The notes below the pieces were generated by a model. The model was not told where the DNA came from and did no database searches. It saw nothing but the letters and a program-made list of their open reading frames with translations. DNA of 64,000 nucleotides, taken from contig OZ252244.1 of the NCBI GenBank assembly GCA_965249575.1, positions 2,752,001 to 2,816,000 on the forward strand, in the 5' to 3' direction. The position numbers and the translations under genes are program-made. The first letter of the stretch is position 1; each line of letters opens with the position of its first letter. This DNA is from Gemmatimonadales bacterium (GTDB taxonomy: Bacteria > Gemmatimonadota > Gemmatimonadetes > Gemmatimonadales > GWC2-71-9). Shown piece after piece: positions 30,469 through 40,973 of this stretch.

Positions 30469-32340
30469 GTCCAAGAGCGTCGGACGCTCTGTTCCCGGCC
30501 AGAGCACCCATACAAGAGCCAATCGTGCCGGGTCCCGAAGGACGATATCCCGCCTTCGACCCTTCCCCTCTGCCGCCACCTGTGCTTGATGAAAGTGGAG
30601 GCGTCGCTCGAACGTCAGGCAGCATGGATGGTGACGAGCGCCCCTCCGATGGGGCGGGCTTTCTCTGTGACGGCGGCGGGGACCGGAGTAACAACTGGGC
30701 GGTGGCGCCCACTAAGACTGCCAGCGGACATGCTCTGCTTGCCGGCGATCCGCATCTCGGCCTATCACTGCCGTCCATCTGGTACGAGGCCCACTTGTCC
30801 GTACCGGGAGCGATGGACGTCTACGGTGTGACCATCCCAGGTGTCCCGGCCATCGTGATCGGATTCAATCGACAGATTGCGTGGACGTTCACCAACTCAC
30901 AGGCGGACGTCATGGACTACTATCGGGAGATCTTTGACGACTTCGAGCGGCCTACCAGGTATCGCTTGGACGGTGAGTGGCGGCCACTGGATGTCCGGAT
31001 CGAGGAGTTTCGTGGGCGCGACGGCGGGGTTCTGGCAGTGGACACCATCTACCACACGCACCGCGGGCCGGTCGTGTGGGAGGATGGGCAGCCATACTCC
31101 GTCCGCTGGACGGTGCTCGAGGCCTCTCACAACTCGCTGCGCTTCGAGCGCGCCTCGCGCGCCCCATCGGCCGATGCGTGGCTCGAAGCGATGCGGCATC
31201 TCGAGGCCCCGGCTCAGAACGGCCTCGTCGGGGATGTGGATGGCACCATCGCCATTCACACACCGGCCTGGTTCCCGCACAGGTCGGGGGACGGCCGCGG
31301 TGACAGGATCCACGATGGCAGTGTGAGTGCCAGTGACTGGATCGGGCGCTGGTCACCAGAACGCGTACCGTTCGCGCGCGATCCCGAACAACGATTCATC
31401 GCCTCGGCCAATCAGCAGCCGATCGATCCGGCGGTCGACCCGACGTACCTGGGCGCTAACTGGTATCCGCCGTGGCGTGCCATGCGGATCAACGAGCTAC
31501 TTCGCGGGGACAGCGCGGTCACGCCAGATGCGATGCGTCGATATCAAACGGATCCTAGAACGCCCCGGGCCGACCTGTTCGTCCCGTTTTTCGTCGAAGC
31601 CGCACGACGGATGGCAAGCGCCGGAGAGGGAGATTCGGTGCTGGTGGCCGCAGCATCGATGCTGGAGCGCTGGGACCGGCAGTACACCCCGGACAATCGA
31701 TACGCGGTGCTGTTCGAAACGGCGGTGGAGATTCTGGAGGGACGGGTGTGGGACGAGCTAGCGGATTCCACCGGCAAAGGGCCGGTTTGGATACCCAGAG
31801 AATCGGTGTTGTGGCGGCTGCTGCAGGATCCCGGGAGCCCCTGGTGGGACGTGCACACTACCGATTTGGTTGAGAACCGTGACGGCGTCGTGGCCGCCAG
31901 TCTTCGTGGGGCGTACGAGCGGCTGATCGAGGCTCACGGTCCTGCGGGCAGCGAAGCGTGGCAATGGGGTCGCGTCGATCCAATGAAGATTTACCACTTG
32001 CTGCGATTACCGAGCCTGTCCCGGCTTGGCATCCCAATCCAGGGTGGCCTCGGCTTGCTCAATCCGACGCGCTCTCAGGACGACAAGGGTCGACTACCGT
32101 CGGGACGAGGGACGCACGGGGCGAGCTGGCGCATGGTCGTCGAGCTCGGGCCCGAAAATCGAGGCATGGACCACGTACCCCGGGGGCCAGTCCGGCAATC
32201 CGGTAAGCCCCTGGTACGATGATCGCATCCCGCAGTGGGCGGCGGGGGAGCTGGATCCCGTCGGCTCCCTCGAAGCCCTGAAGCACTCCCTGCGCCGTCG
32301 GTGGCGAGCAAGCTCACGCTGTTGCCGGAGGGATAGATGA
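30390..32340 (+). pseudogene. Penicillin acylase family (Ntn hydrolase), most of the alpha subunit missing, frameshift near 32155
   Basis: SNNWAVAP..LLAGDPHL..PSIWYE, ASANQQP, GASWRMVVELG, then YPGGQSGNP..WY in another frame. Confidence 0.88.
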
Positions 32341-32693
32341 GACACTTACTTCGCACACTCCTACTGACCGCGGCGTTCGCCATTGGTACTGTCTTCCTCG
32401 GATGGTGGATCGTTCCGCTTCTCGCCGTCATGTGGGGAGCCGTGGCCAGCAGCGAGGGCAAGGCCGGCGCCATGGCCGCCGCCTCCGCAGGTCTAGCCTG
32501 GACTACTCTGCTCGCAATCACCGCGCTGCAGGGCCCGGTTGGCTTGCTCGCGGCAAAGGTTGGTGGCGTCATGGGACTACCAGCGGCGGTGCTCGTTGCC
32601 TCCACGGTGGCGTTCGCAGTGATCCTGGTGGGCAGTGGGGCGCACGTGGGGGCGGCAGTGAAAGGGATTGTGCAGAAACGGCGCGATCCCTGA
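32337..32693 (+). CDS. Hypothetical membrane protein
   Basis: ATGA overlap with the upstream gene; hydrophobic helices; LGWWIVP. Confidence 0.7.
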   Translation: MRHLLRTLLLTAAFAIGTVFLGWWIVPLLAVMWGAVASSEGKAGAMAAASAGLAWTTLLAITALQGPVGLLAAKVGGVMGLPAAVLVASTVAFAVILVGSGAHVGAAVKGIVQKRRDP

Positions 32694-32981
32694 CCACAGG
32701 CGAAGCTGGGTATTGGGACGTGTGGTTGAGCGTGTGACGGTCGTTGCCTCGAGGCGAATCGAGCCCGAGATGGAGGTCATATGATTCACCCGAAGGCGAG
32801 CTCCTGGGTCTTCCGTGGCGATTCGCCCGAGCCGTGCGCGGCTGGGGTGCAACCGTTTCTGCGGGCGAGCCGATGACGAGTCTTGGCAGTCATTACTAGT
32901 AGCGAACGAATCGCGCAGCTCACGGCGTGTGGGGCAGGGTTATAGTTTGTTGGTGGCGATGGTCGATTGCGAAGGAGAACG

Positions 32982-33212
32982 ATGGGAAGAAGGCGATTTA
33001 CCGAGGCCGAGCCCTCCGGTCCAATAGACTCGCTTCACGGTGCGGCCGTAACCGCCGCACTCGACCTCCACGGGGAGACAGCGGATTCGGCTGAGCGAAA
33101 GCTTACCTGGTTCCTCCAACGGTGGGCCCAGCAGCAACCGGGCGCTGTGATCCGGATCATTACAGGCAAGGGGAGTCCGAGCCGCAGCTACCCAGTCCTC
33201 TTGAGGTGGTGA
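32982..33212 (+). pseudogene. Smr domain protein, prematurely terminated
   Basis: LDLHGETADSAE..IRIITGKG motifs; AGGAG RBS. Confidence 0.75.
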
Positions 33213-33337
33213 GGGTCCTGAGACGAGCGGAGCGTTTACTCGGAAATAAGGGGGTGTTTGCATCGCCAGCGCCCGGCAGCGGAAACCGCCGCCGCTAGAT
33301 CGTCGATTTGTCCGAGCAGCACGGGAAGCCGAGCACA

Positions 33338-34987
33338 TCATGAGTTCGACGACTGGTCAGATCCGCCTGGTACACTCGGGCCCTCGGTCTCCGCCGTCAT
33401 CTTATCGGCCCACCAGGCGTGGGCCCGCTCCCGGGTCCATCGACCCGCCGCCTCGCACGCTCCCAACTCAGCGGCGAATTCGTCCGCCGACCGGGGCCGT
33501 CGTTCCGGCTCCTTCTCGAGACATCGCATGATGAGACTTTCGAGGTCTGCGGGAACCTCCAGGTCGACACGTTGTGAGGGTGGCACGGGTGCGGTCCGCA
33601 GGTGGTCGGAAATCAGCTCCATGGCGGTTTGACCTTCAAAGAGCTGTTTGCCCGTGACCAGCCAATAGGCTACACAGCCCGACGCGTACAAATCCGTGCG
33701 GCCGTCGACCGGGTCCCCCAACGCCTGTTCCGGCGCGATATAGGCCGGCGTGCCGCCCGCGACGTTCCCGTCCGCCGTGAGGTCTGGATTGGAATCTGCG
33801 ACGTCGTTTGTGTGCGACTTCACCAGGCCGAAGTCCAATACCTTCACAAAATCCACGTCCCGTCCGTACCGTGCGACGAAGATATTTGCCGGCTTGACAT
33901 CGCGGTGAATGAGGCCCGCCTCGTGTGCCTCCGCCAGGGAGTGACATGTCTGCCGGAGAATGTGGATCGCCCGTTCGGGTGGGACGGGACCAAACCGCGC
34001 GACTAAGCTACTCAGATCCAATCCGCTCAGCAGTTCCATGACATAGTAGAACGTGCCATTGTCGGCGATCCCAAAGTCGTACAACTCGATCGTGTGGGGC
34101 GACCGCAGGGATGCCGTGGCTTGGGCCTCGCGCTCGAACCGTCCCAGAATCGTTTCGCGGCTGGGTCCAACCGATCCCAACGCGCGCGGTGGCACCAGTT
34201 TGATGGCGGCGGCCCGGGCCAACAGGCGGTGTTTGGCCTGCCACACTTCACCCATTCCGCCGCGGCCGATGCGATCGATCAACCGGTAACTACCCATATC
34301 TCGAGCCCGACCCACTTCCGCTCCCATCTTGTAGACCACCCGCGCGCCGACGTAACCCATCAGCACGACCAAGCTGTACTGCAACACCATGCCAAGAGTG
34401 AACTCCGTCCAACCCGGCGCGAACTCCACGGAACCGAATCGAATCCTCAAGGCTAGTACGATAGGCACAGCACTCACGGATGCGATCATGGCCAGCAGGG
34501 CTTTCCGCGGCGGTGTGGGCACTACCATTGTGTAGAGCAATACCCAGATCGCTACCCACGACATACCGACCCCTCCGTAATCGCCTGGCCCGTACTGGTT
34601 CGACGCGTAGAGATCAGAGTATTCAGCGGCGGCGATACCGAAGCTGATCACCACCTCAAAGACGAGCCCCAGCTTGAACACCGCGGTGGCGGAGAACCTC
34701 GAGTATTTCGTGATGGCAGCCACCGCCAGGGCCAGGCTGATGGAGATGACGTCCGGTGCCCACCGTACGGCGCGCCCGAAGAGCCACGCCAGTCCCTCTG
34801 TTCCACGACTGACCGGCTCCAAGAAGCTGGCCACGAAGAACACGAAGGCGATGAGCAGGGCCAGAACATGCAAGCGCCGCTGGGCGTCCTGGAGGAGATC
34901 GTTCGGGAGGGTTCGCGACCAGGTCGACGTCTTACGACTCGATTCGGATCTGGGATCCGTCGGTTGGAGCAGTGTGTCAGGCGCCAT
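33338..34987 (-). CDS. Membrane-bound Ser/Thr protein kinase
   Basis: N-terminal multi-TM region; IGRGGMG, AAIK, HRDVKPAN, DFG, GTPAYIAPE, RTDLYA. Confidence 0.92.
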   Translation of the reverse strand: MAPDTLLQPTDPRSESSRKTSTWSRTLPNDLLQDAQRRLHVLALLIAFVFFVASFLEPVSRGTEGLAWLFGRAVRWAPDVISISLALAVAAITKYSRFSATAVFKLGLVFEVVISFGIAAAEYSDLYASNQYGPGDYGGVGMSWVAIWVLLYTMVVPTPPRKALLAMIASVSAVPIVLALRIRFGSVEFAPGWTEFTLGMVLQYSLVVLMGYVGARVVYKMGAEVGRARDMGSYRLIDRIGRGGMGEVWQAKHRLLARAAAIKLVPPRALGSVGPSRETILGRFEREAQATASLRSPHTIELYDFGIADNGTFYYVMELLSGLDLSSLVARFGPVPPERAIHILRQTCHSLAEAHEAGLIHRDVKPANIFVARYGRDVDFVKVLDFGLVKSHTNDVADSNPDLTADGNVAGGTPAYIAPEQALGDPVDGRTDLYASGCVAYWLVTGKQLFEGQTAMELISDHLRTAPVPPSQRVDLEVPADLESLIMRCLEKEPERRPRSADEFAAELGACEAAGRWTRERAHAWWADKMTAETEGPSVPGGSDQSSNS

Positions 34988-35444
34988 GTGCCGTCCTGCG
35001 TTTGCGGGTTTCGTCGTCGCGCATGCACCAACCGGCCTCATCCAGGGGCCGATCAGCGGGCCGCTCTGAAAAGAACTGCCCAACTGTCACAAGAACTGTC
35101 ACACAACCCACGTCCACGGAGGGATTCAAACGGTCACGTAGGGAACGAAAACCCGCATGACGGCGTCGTATGGCTTCCCCACGTGGTCGTTTGGCTGGCT
35201 TTTAAGTCCCTTGAGCCTACATGAAACGGCTCCGAAGTATTCGCGTCAGGACGGGCGCCGGTAAAGGTCTCAAACCCCAGGTCGGCCATCGGAGAGCGTA
35301 GAGTCTAACGAGCCGCTGTGTGGTGTCGATTATGGTGTCGATTGATCCCGACGGATCCCGATATCATGAAGCGAGGAATCAGGCAGATCACGCGTTCTGT
35401 CTAGGAATCGCGCCGTAGGGTCTGGATCCAACGATTCTGCGGGC

Positions 35445-35488
35445 CGCCTGATATGCGTGAGGTCGGTGGTTCAACTCTACCCAGCCCA
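35445..35488 (+). repeat. Degenerate 3' half of tRNA-Ile(GAT), att-site remnant
   Basis: CGCCTGATATGCGTGAGGTCGGTGGTTCAACTCTACCCAGCCCA resembles the anticodon-to-acceptor half of tRNA-Ile; no 5' half. Confidence 0.65.
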
Positions 35489-35839
35489 TGAACCGCGTGG
35501 TGCCCGGGGAACGGGTTTGCCCGCTAGTTGGAAGGTGTGCGCGCTGACACTGTAACGGATCGCTGGGGGGGGATGCCGCCAGTGCCCGCTGCCCCCCAAC
35601 GTCGCACCTCGGCCCCTGCTGCCCTAGGCACCAGCGATCCTTGTCCCGGCAGCTCACACCGCAATAATTTTCCTCAAGGATCTATGAGGGCTGCGGATGT
35701 GCTCGTATTAGTACCAATAGAATAGACCAGGAATTCGGGGTGAAATCCCTGGCGATCCCGCGCGGGCAGACCGTGAAACCCGGTAATTGCCAAGGGCTTT
35801 CGCCCTCTTCGCCCGCGGCACCGATTTCCGGGCTGGAAA

Positions 35840-35885
35840 GAATGGGGTTCAGGGGGTCGCGGGTTCAAATCCCGCCGTCCCGATT
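35840..35885 (+). repeat. Direct repeat of the tRNA-Pro 3' portion (att core)
   Basis: 46 bp identical to 4459-4504. Confidence 0.92.
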
Positions 35886-36029
35886 CACGTAACTCACAAA
35901 ACCAGAGGTAGTTACGAAATGAGCGGTCTGTGAAGTGGCCGCTCATTTTTTGTCGGTGTGTGCCGATGGTGTGCCAAATTCAGGTGACCGACTCGCCGGC
36001 AGACGCGACGAATCCTATCTTTGCCCTCC

Positions 36030-36135
36030 ATGACCGAGATCACTTCCCGTCTCTCGGCCGCCCTCTACGTCTGCCGAAACTATGCGTGCGAGGCGCCGAT
36101 CACGGATGCCAGCACCGTGGCCGCACGGCTGAGCG
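36030..36135 (+). pseudogene. Kinase head stub joined to a YyaL/thioredoxin-domain protein C-terminal stub
   Basis: MTEITSRLSAA then (other frame) LYVCRNYACEAPITD. Confidence 0.55.
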
Positions 36136-36197
36136 AGACCGCGCGTTCGAGCAGCAAGGCTCGGCTGTCCGATCTCTCGGCTGTCGCCGGCTCGTGA

Positions 36198-36506
36198 GGC
36201 TCTGATGAGACGTTCACCATCGGGCAAACGGTTCATCATCGGAAGTTTGACTACCGAGGGGTGATCATGGGAGTGGACGAATGCTTTCAGGGTTCGGACG
36301 ACTGGTACGATGAGGTCGCTCGATCCCGTCCACCCAAAGACAAGCCTTGGTATCACGTCCTCGTCCATGGGGCATCGCACCGAACGTACGTGGCTGAACG
36401 GCATCTCGAACCGGACGTCAGTAGGGAACCCATCAAACACCCGGAGGTGGACGATTTCTTTGATCTCTTTCGAGAGGGCGTCTACAGCAACTCCCTTTGG
36501 AATTGA
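36198..36506 (+). pseudogene. hspQ: Heat shock protein HspQ (YccV-like), start codon missing
   Basis: FTIGQTVHHRKFDYRGVIMGVD..RSRPPKDKPWYHVLV..TYVAERHLE; in-frame TGA at 36195. Confidence 0.8.
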
Positions 36507-36573
36507 ATTGAACCGTCAGCTGCAAGTGGCAATCAAATAGGGCGTGACGTGTGGAGCGCTAATGGCTAGAGCC

Positions 36574-36602
36574 TTTTCGGGTCGCCCCTCGGGCGGCCTT
36601 TT
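36574..36602 (+). terminator. Putative intrinsic terminator
   Basis: GGTCGCCC-CTC-GGGCGGCC followed by TTTT. Confidence 0.55.
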
Positions 36603-36682
36603 GTCGTGGTGGGACCCCAGTCGGTACCCCAAACTGAGCGCGCCTCGCGCTGACTCAGGTTCTGTCACATCTTCAAGGGGCG

Positions 36683-36859
36683 ATGACCGACACCTTCGAA
36701 CGACTGAAAGCTGCCCTCGCCGACCGCTACGCCATCGAGCGGGGCAAACCGGTCGGCACGACCATCATCGGGGACCCGTTCGCCGCCGACAAAATCTTGA
36801 GCGTTGCCCACGCATACCAGGCCGCCACCGATTGGCCTACCCGGCACCCGAGCCTATGA
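36683..36859 (+). pseudogene. In-frame chimera of a kinase head and an amidase C-terminus
   Basis: MTDTFERLKAALADRYAIER|GKPVGTTIIGDPFAADKILSVAHAYQAATDWPTRHPSL*. Confidence 0.75.
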
Positions 36860-37512
36860 AATTCGCCTTCGAACAAATCCGCACCGGCGGCGACCGGAAC
36901 TTCGCTTACCTGGTCGGCGACCGCGAGGCGGGCGTCGCCGCCCTCGTCGACCCGTCCTACGATCCCAAGGCCGTGGTCGAGCGGGCCAAGGCCCAGGGTC
37001 TCGAGACCGCGTACATCGTGAACACCCACGGTCACGAGGATCATACGAACGGCAACGCTCAAGCCAAGAAACTCACGGGCGCCCCGATCGTGGCGTTTCG
37101 AGGCTCGGTGGCCAAGCCAGATCTCTCGGTGGACGACGGTCACGTGCTCCAACTCGGTTCGCTGCGCCTCGAGTTGATTCACGTGCCGGGGCACATCGAC
37201 GATCACGTCGTCGTCTACCTCGAGGAGCAACGGGTGGCCCTCACCGGCGATCATCTGTTCGTAGGGAAGATCGGCGGAACCAAAACGGAAGAAGCGGGGC
37301 GGACCGAGTACACGAGTCTCCAGAAGATCCTCGACCGGCTGCCCGACGACGTCACCGTCTGGCCCGGGCACGACTACGGATGCCGGCCGTCGTCGACCAT
37401 GGCGCTGGAAAAGGCGACCAATCCCTTCCTACTCGCGATGGGCAGTATCGACGAGTTTCTCGCCCTCAAACGTGACTGGGCGGCGTTCAAGGCGGAGAAG
37501 GGACTGAAGTAG
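36856..37512 (+). CDS. MBL-fold hydrolase (glyoxalase II-like)
   Basis: THGHEDHTNG, HVPGH, TGDHLF, WPGHDY; ATGA overlap. Confidence 0.9.
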   Translation: MKFAFEQIRTGGDRNFAYLVGDREAGVAALVDPSYDPKAVVERAKAQGLETAYIVNTHGHEDHTNGNAQAKKLTGAPIVAFRGSVAKPDLSVDDGHVLQLGSLRLELIHVPGHIDDHVVVYLEEQRVALTGDHLFVGKIGGTKTEEAGRTEYTSLQKILDRLPDDVTVWPGHDYGCRPSSTMALEKATNPFLLAMGSIDEFLALKRDWAAFKAEKGLK

Positions 37513-37629
37513 CGCGCGGTGCGTCGGTGTGGGGAGTTGCTGAAGGAGTTCCAAGCCGACCCACGGAATACCCTCAAGCAGCACCGAGGGGGGAGCGGCC
37601 CCCCTTCGGCCGCTAACCGGCCACATGTG

Positions 37630-37990
37630 GGCGGCTGGCACTATCACGCTGCCTCGGGAGCTCTTCGCAAAAGTGGTGGAGTTCGCCGCGCGAAGCCTCC
37701 GTGCGCACGGGTTCGTCGATGTCGTGCTCATCGGCGACAGCGGCCCCAATCAGCGGGTATTGAAAATGGTAGCGGAGACCCTTGACGCAGAGTGGCTGTC
37801 AACTCCGGTCCGCGTCCACTACCTGAGCGCGTACTACGACGATTCCGCTTTTCGGTCGTGGCTGTCGGCTCAGGGCGTGAAGGAAGAGGACATTGGCCGT
37901 CACGCCGGCCTCAAAGACACGTCGTTGCTCCTTGCCGTTGACCCGTCAGGCGTGAGACGGGGCAAGCTGGCGCCTGGCCGTAGGGGCGAC
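37630..37990 (+). pseudogene. Creatininase family internal fragment
   Basis: AGTITL..SLRAHGFVDVVLIGDSGPNQ..GRHAGLKDTSLLLAVDP. Confidence 0.75.
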
Positions 37991-37997
37991 AGGACAG

Positions 37998-38071
37998 CCG
38001 GGAAGAGAGGTAACAGATAGACCGGGATATGGGTAACAGTCACTCCCGGGTTTTGCGGAGTCGATTACGGT
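37998..38071. mobile_element. Orphan IS481-like terminal repeat, copy 2
   Basis: Matches 7985-8058 in the same orientation; abuts the creatininase break. Confidence 0.6.
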
Positions 38072-38248
38072 TGTGGGTCCCAACGATCGCTCGCATGCGT
38101 TCGTGAAAGCGACCGTTGTCGGTCGCCGATGATCGGGGAGGTGAGGTTGGGTCGCTGAGGGCAGCGCCGGTGCGGCCGTGACGGAGGCGCCCGGAAGCGC
38201 AGCGGGCTTGGCACGGGCGGGAAGGCAGCCGCCGGGCCTTCCGCGATC

Positions 38249-38974
38249 GTGAGAATCGGCTGCATCGGAGACGTCCACGGCGAGCTCCAGCGGCTGGAGG
38301 GCGTCGCGGACTTCCTGGCCGGCAACACGCCGGACCTGGTGCTGCTCGTGGGCGACTTCATTCCCGGCCGAGTCGGGCGCGATCGCTGGCGCGAGCTGGC
38401 GGAGCTGGTGGGGCGCTCGCTCGAACTGCTTCGGCCGGTCGGCGCGCCCGTCCTGCTGGTGCCGGGCAATCACGATCCCCCGCGCTGTGAGTTTCCGGAG
38501 AACATCGACGGGCGGGCCGTAGAGGCGGCGGGTCTTCGCGTCGCAGGAATCGGCGGGAGCGGTCCCCATCACTTCGGGTTTCCCTATGAGTGGGGGGAAG
38601 ACGACATCCGCTCACGCCGCTTGGGCGCGGCCGACATTCTTCTTTCGCACGCGCCGCCAGCCCGCACCGCGCTCGACCGACTCTACGACGGCCGGCACGT
38701 GGGCTCCGAAGCCGTGCGGGAGCGCGCCAAGGATGCGCGCATCTTGGTATGCGGTCACGTCCACGAGTCGGCCGGCGTGGAGCGGGTGGACGGTTGCGCG
38801 TGTTACAACGTGGGCTCGTTGGGGGAGCCGTACGGGCGGGCGCAGGCCGGGGTGGTGTCGCTCGGGGAAGGTGAAGTTCGAGTCGAGCATTGGGGAAGAG
38901 CGGGGCCAGGGAGCCCGTGGGGGCGGGAGTGGGCGCGTGTTCTTGATGATGCCGGTCGGGAATCAAGCGGGTAG
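38249..38974 (+). CDS. Metallophosphoesterase
   Basis: GDVHG, VGDF, PGNHD, SHAPP, CGHVHE motifs. Confidence 0.9.
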   Translation: MRIGCIGDVHGELQRLEGVADFLAGNTPDLVLLVGDFIPGRVGRDRWRELAELVGRSLELLRPVGAPVLLVPGNHDPPRCEFPENIDGRAVEAAGLRVAGIGGSGPHHFGFPYEWGEDDIRSRRLGAADILLSHAPPARTALDRLYDGRHVGSEAVRERAKDARILVCGHVHESAGVERVDGCACYNVGSLGEPYGRAQAGVVSLGEGEVRVEHWGRAGPGSPWGREWARVLDDAGRESSG

Positions 38975-38986
38975 CATGCGGCACGT

Positions 38987-39070
38987 GTGAAGCTCCTGTC
39001 GCAGGTGCGCCGGGCGCTCCGGGTTCGACATTACCGCCAGCGGAGTTGCAGAATGCCGTGGCGGCCGTGA
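38987..39070 (+). pseudogene. Integron integrase (IntI-like) N-terminal stub
   Basis: VKLLSQVRRALRVRHY matches the KLLxQVR..R.RHYS start of integron integrases; homology is lost after about 16-19 codons. Confidence 0.6.
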
Positions 39071-39336
39071 GCCAACCGCGGAGCTGCGATAACTTGATTG
39101 TTACACACGATCGATCAGGAGATGGTGACGGAGTTGGAGGACACGGCAACACCTGGCATGGCGTTCCCATCAGTGGACATGTCGATCTGCCAACTCAACC
39201 GACGCCATCGGGCACGAGACAATCGTGAGCGCGAACGCAATTCGGAATATTGCGCGGCGTGGTAGGGAACGGCCTAATCCATCGCTAGGACAGAGAGAAT
39301 GAAAACCGAAGAGAGATTGCTCTACAAGCGCCCCGA

Positions 39337-39627
39337 ATGCTGACCTTCAACATCTGGGGCGAATTCACGGACGTTCTCAGCTTCACGCAGTTGGAAGACA
39401 TGGAAGTCGGCCAGCGAAAAGATTTTAAGCGGGTCTGGGGACTCTATGGCGAGGGTCGGTTACGTGAACATGTCACGAGCATCGCATACGTCGCCCGCGT
39501 CCGCCTGGCTACTGGGGAAACGCTTGTAGCTGATCCTGGGCCGATTCTGGAACTCGCGCAAGAGATCCAAAGCGATATCACGATCGAGGACCTCGAGCCC
39601 GAACCGGAACCGCTTCCCCGGGTATGA
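39337..39627 (+). CDS. Hypothetical protein (probably a C-terminal fragment)
   Basis: LTFNIWGEF..TSIAYVARVRLATG; protein-like. Confidence 0.45.
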   Translation: MLTFNIWGEFTDVLSFTQLEDMEVGQRKDFKRVWGLYGEGRLREHVTSIAYVARVRLATGETLVADPGPILELAQEIQSDITIEDLEPEPEPLPRV

Positions 39628-39824
39628 CCACCCCGCTCGACGACCACGACCGGCAGAGGGCTGATGAAAAACCAGCGCCGCCGCCGCCGAAGTCGGTGCT
39701 CAAGCGGACAACGACCGCGATTACAAGGCTCCGGCCTGAGCGGAAGTACACGCTTGAATACATCGTGATCGCGGTTGCCATCGCGCTGGTGATCACAAGC
39801 TTCGTCTTTCGAGCGCCCCCATGA
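39624..39824 (+). CDS. Small single-TM protein
   Basis: EYIVIAVAIALVITSFVFRAPP, homologous to the stub ENMVIGVILVLVIASFVFGTVP at 17513-17581. Confidence 0.55.
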   Translation: MTTPLDDHDRQRADEKPAPPPPKSVLKRTTTAITRLRPERKYTLEYIVIAVAIALVITSFVFRAPP

Positions 39825-39947
39825 CGGTTCGGGGGTGGAGACCCGCCGACCCGAATGCCAGCGGAGCGGCGAGCTCGGGGATTTCCCGATAGCCAGCTCC
39901 CGTGCCTCGGTGGCATACTTACCTGAGCGTCAAACAAGGGTGTGTCG

Positions 39948-40149
39948 GTGACCGAGCGCGATACCGATGCGGCATACTCCAAAGCAGAAGCCGAGCGGAT
40001 TCGCCGCCGCCCGCGTGGAATGTCCCCGCTGCCGTGGTTCTATGAGCCATGAGGGACCCGTCACGCGACGGGCCACCGGTATGACCGTGATCAAGGTCCG
40101 CTGCGCCAAGTGCCACCGTCACCTCTTCGTCACCGGCTTGCCCACGTGA
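39948..40149 (+). pseudogene. Small Zn-ribbon protein copy D, internal deletion/frameshift
   Basis: VTERDTDAAYSKAEAERIR / ARVECPRCRGSMSHEGPV..VRCAKCHRHLFVTGLPT. Confidence 0.7.
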
Positions 40150-40489
40150 TCCCTCGCGGCGGTCGGTTTCTGTTGATCAAAGGGGACGCGGCAACCACAG
40201 ATACCCCGATCGTCGTCGTAGCAAACTTGGTTCGAGGAGTTGCGGCGGCTGGCCGAAGGGGCGGGGTGCGCCTGACTCCGGCCCCTAAGTTCGTCATCCA
40301 GGCGTGCTGTTACGCCGTTTCCCCGGGGCCATAGTCGTACGCTTCAGGGGGTAGGCGGGGGTTGCTCTCGGCGCGAATGACGATCTCGAGCTTGCCGTCG
40401 GTCTCATCCCGGGCCGCCCAGCGTTGGCGTATCTTACCTCCCAAGCGAAGCTGTGTCCGGAGCCGGAGTTGCAATGGGTTATGGATCGG

Positions 40490-40626
40490 CCTTCGTGCAT
40501 CAGCTCTACGACGTGACGCCGGACGATCAGCGGTTCGTGATGATTCGGAATACTGAGACGGAAGCGGTGGACGAGCTGATCGTGGTCGAGAACTTCTTCG
40601 AGGAGTTGAGGGCGAGGTGGGGAACT
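40490..40626 (+). pseudogene. Kinase/PD40 C-terminal remnant
   Basis: YDVTPDDQRFVMIR..DELIVVENFFEELRAR. Confidence 0.85.
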
Positions 40627-40973
40627 AGGCTCAGAGGCTACTAACTGTTTCAGGAATTGATGCGCCTGGGGTAGCGGTAAGGATCAAACTGGAGGGACGC
40701 GTGCCGTTGTGGACGAAGTGCTTGACCTGCGGCGGATGGCGAGAAGCACCGACCGAGCCATCGGCGTCGGGTCGAGTGCCGACAGGGATTATGGCGAGCG
40801 CCGACGAGGCACCTGGAGCCCTTTGCTCTTGTGAGCTCGATACAACCGCTCCCAGCGGTACGCCCCCAGCCTCGTAGGTCTGGGGGCCGAGGGGGCCCCA
40901 GGTGCTGGGGCCGGTGTCGATCCGGCGGGGCCTTGAAGACGGAGTAGGTTCCGCCCCCGATTGTAGGACGCTG

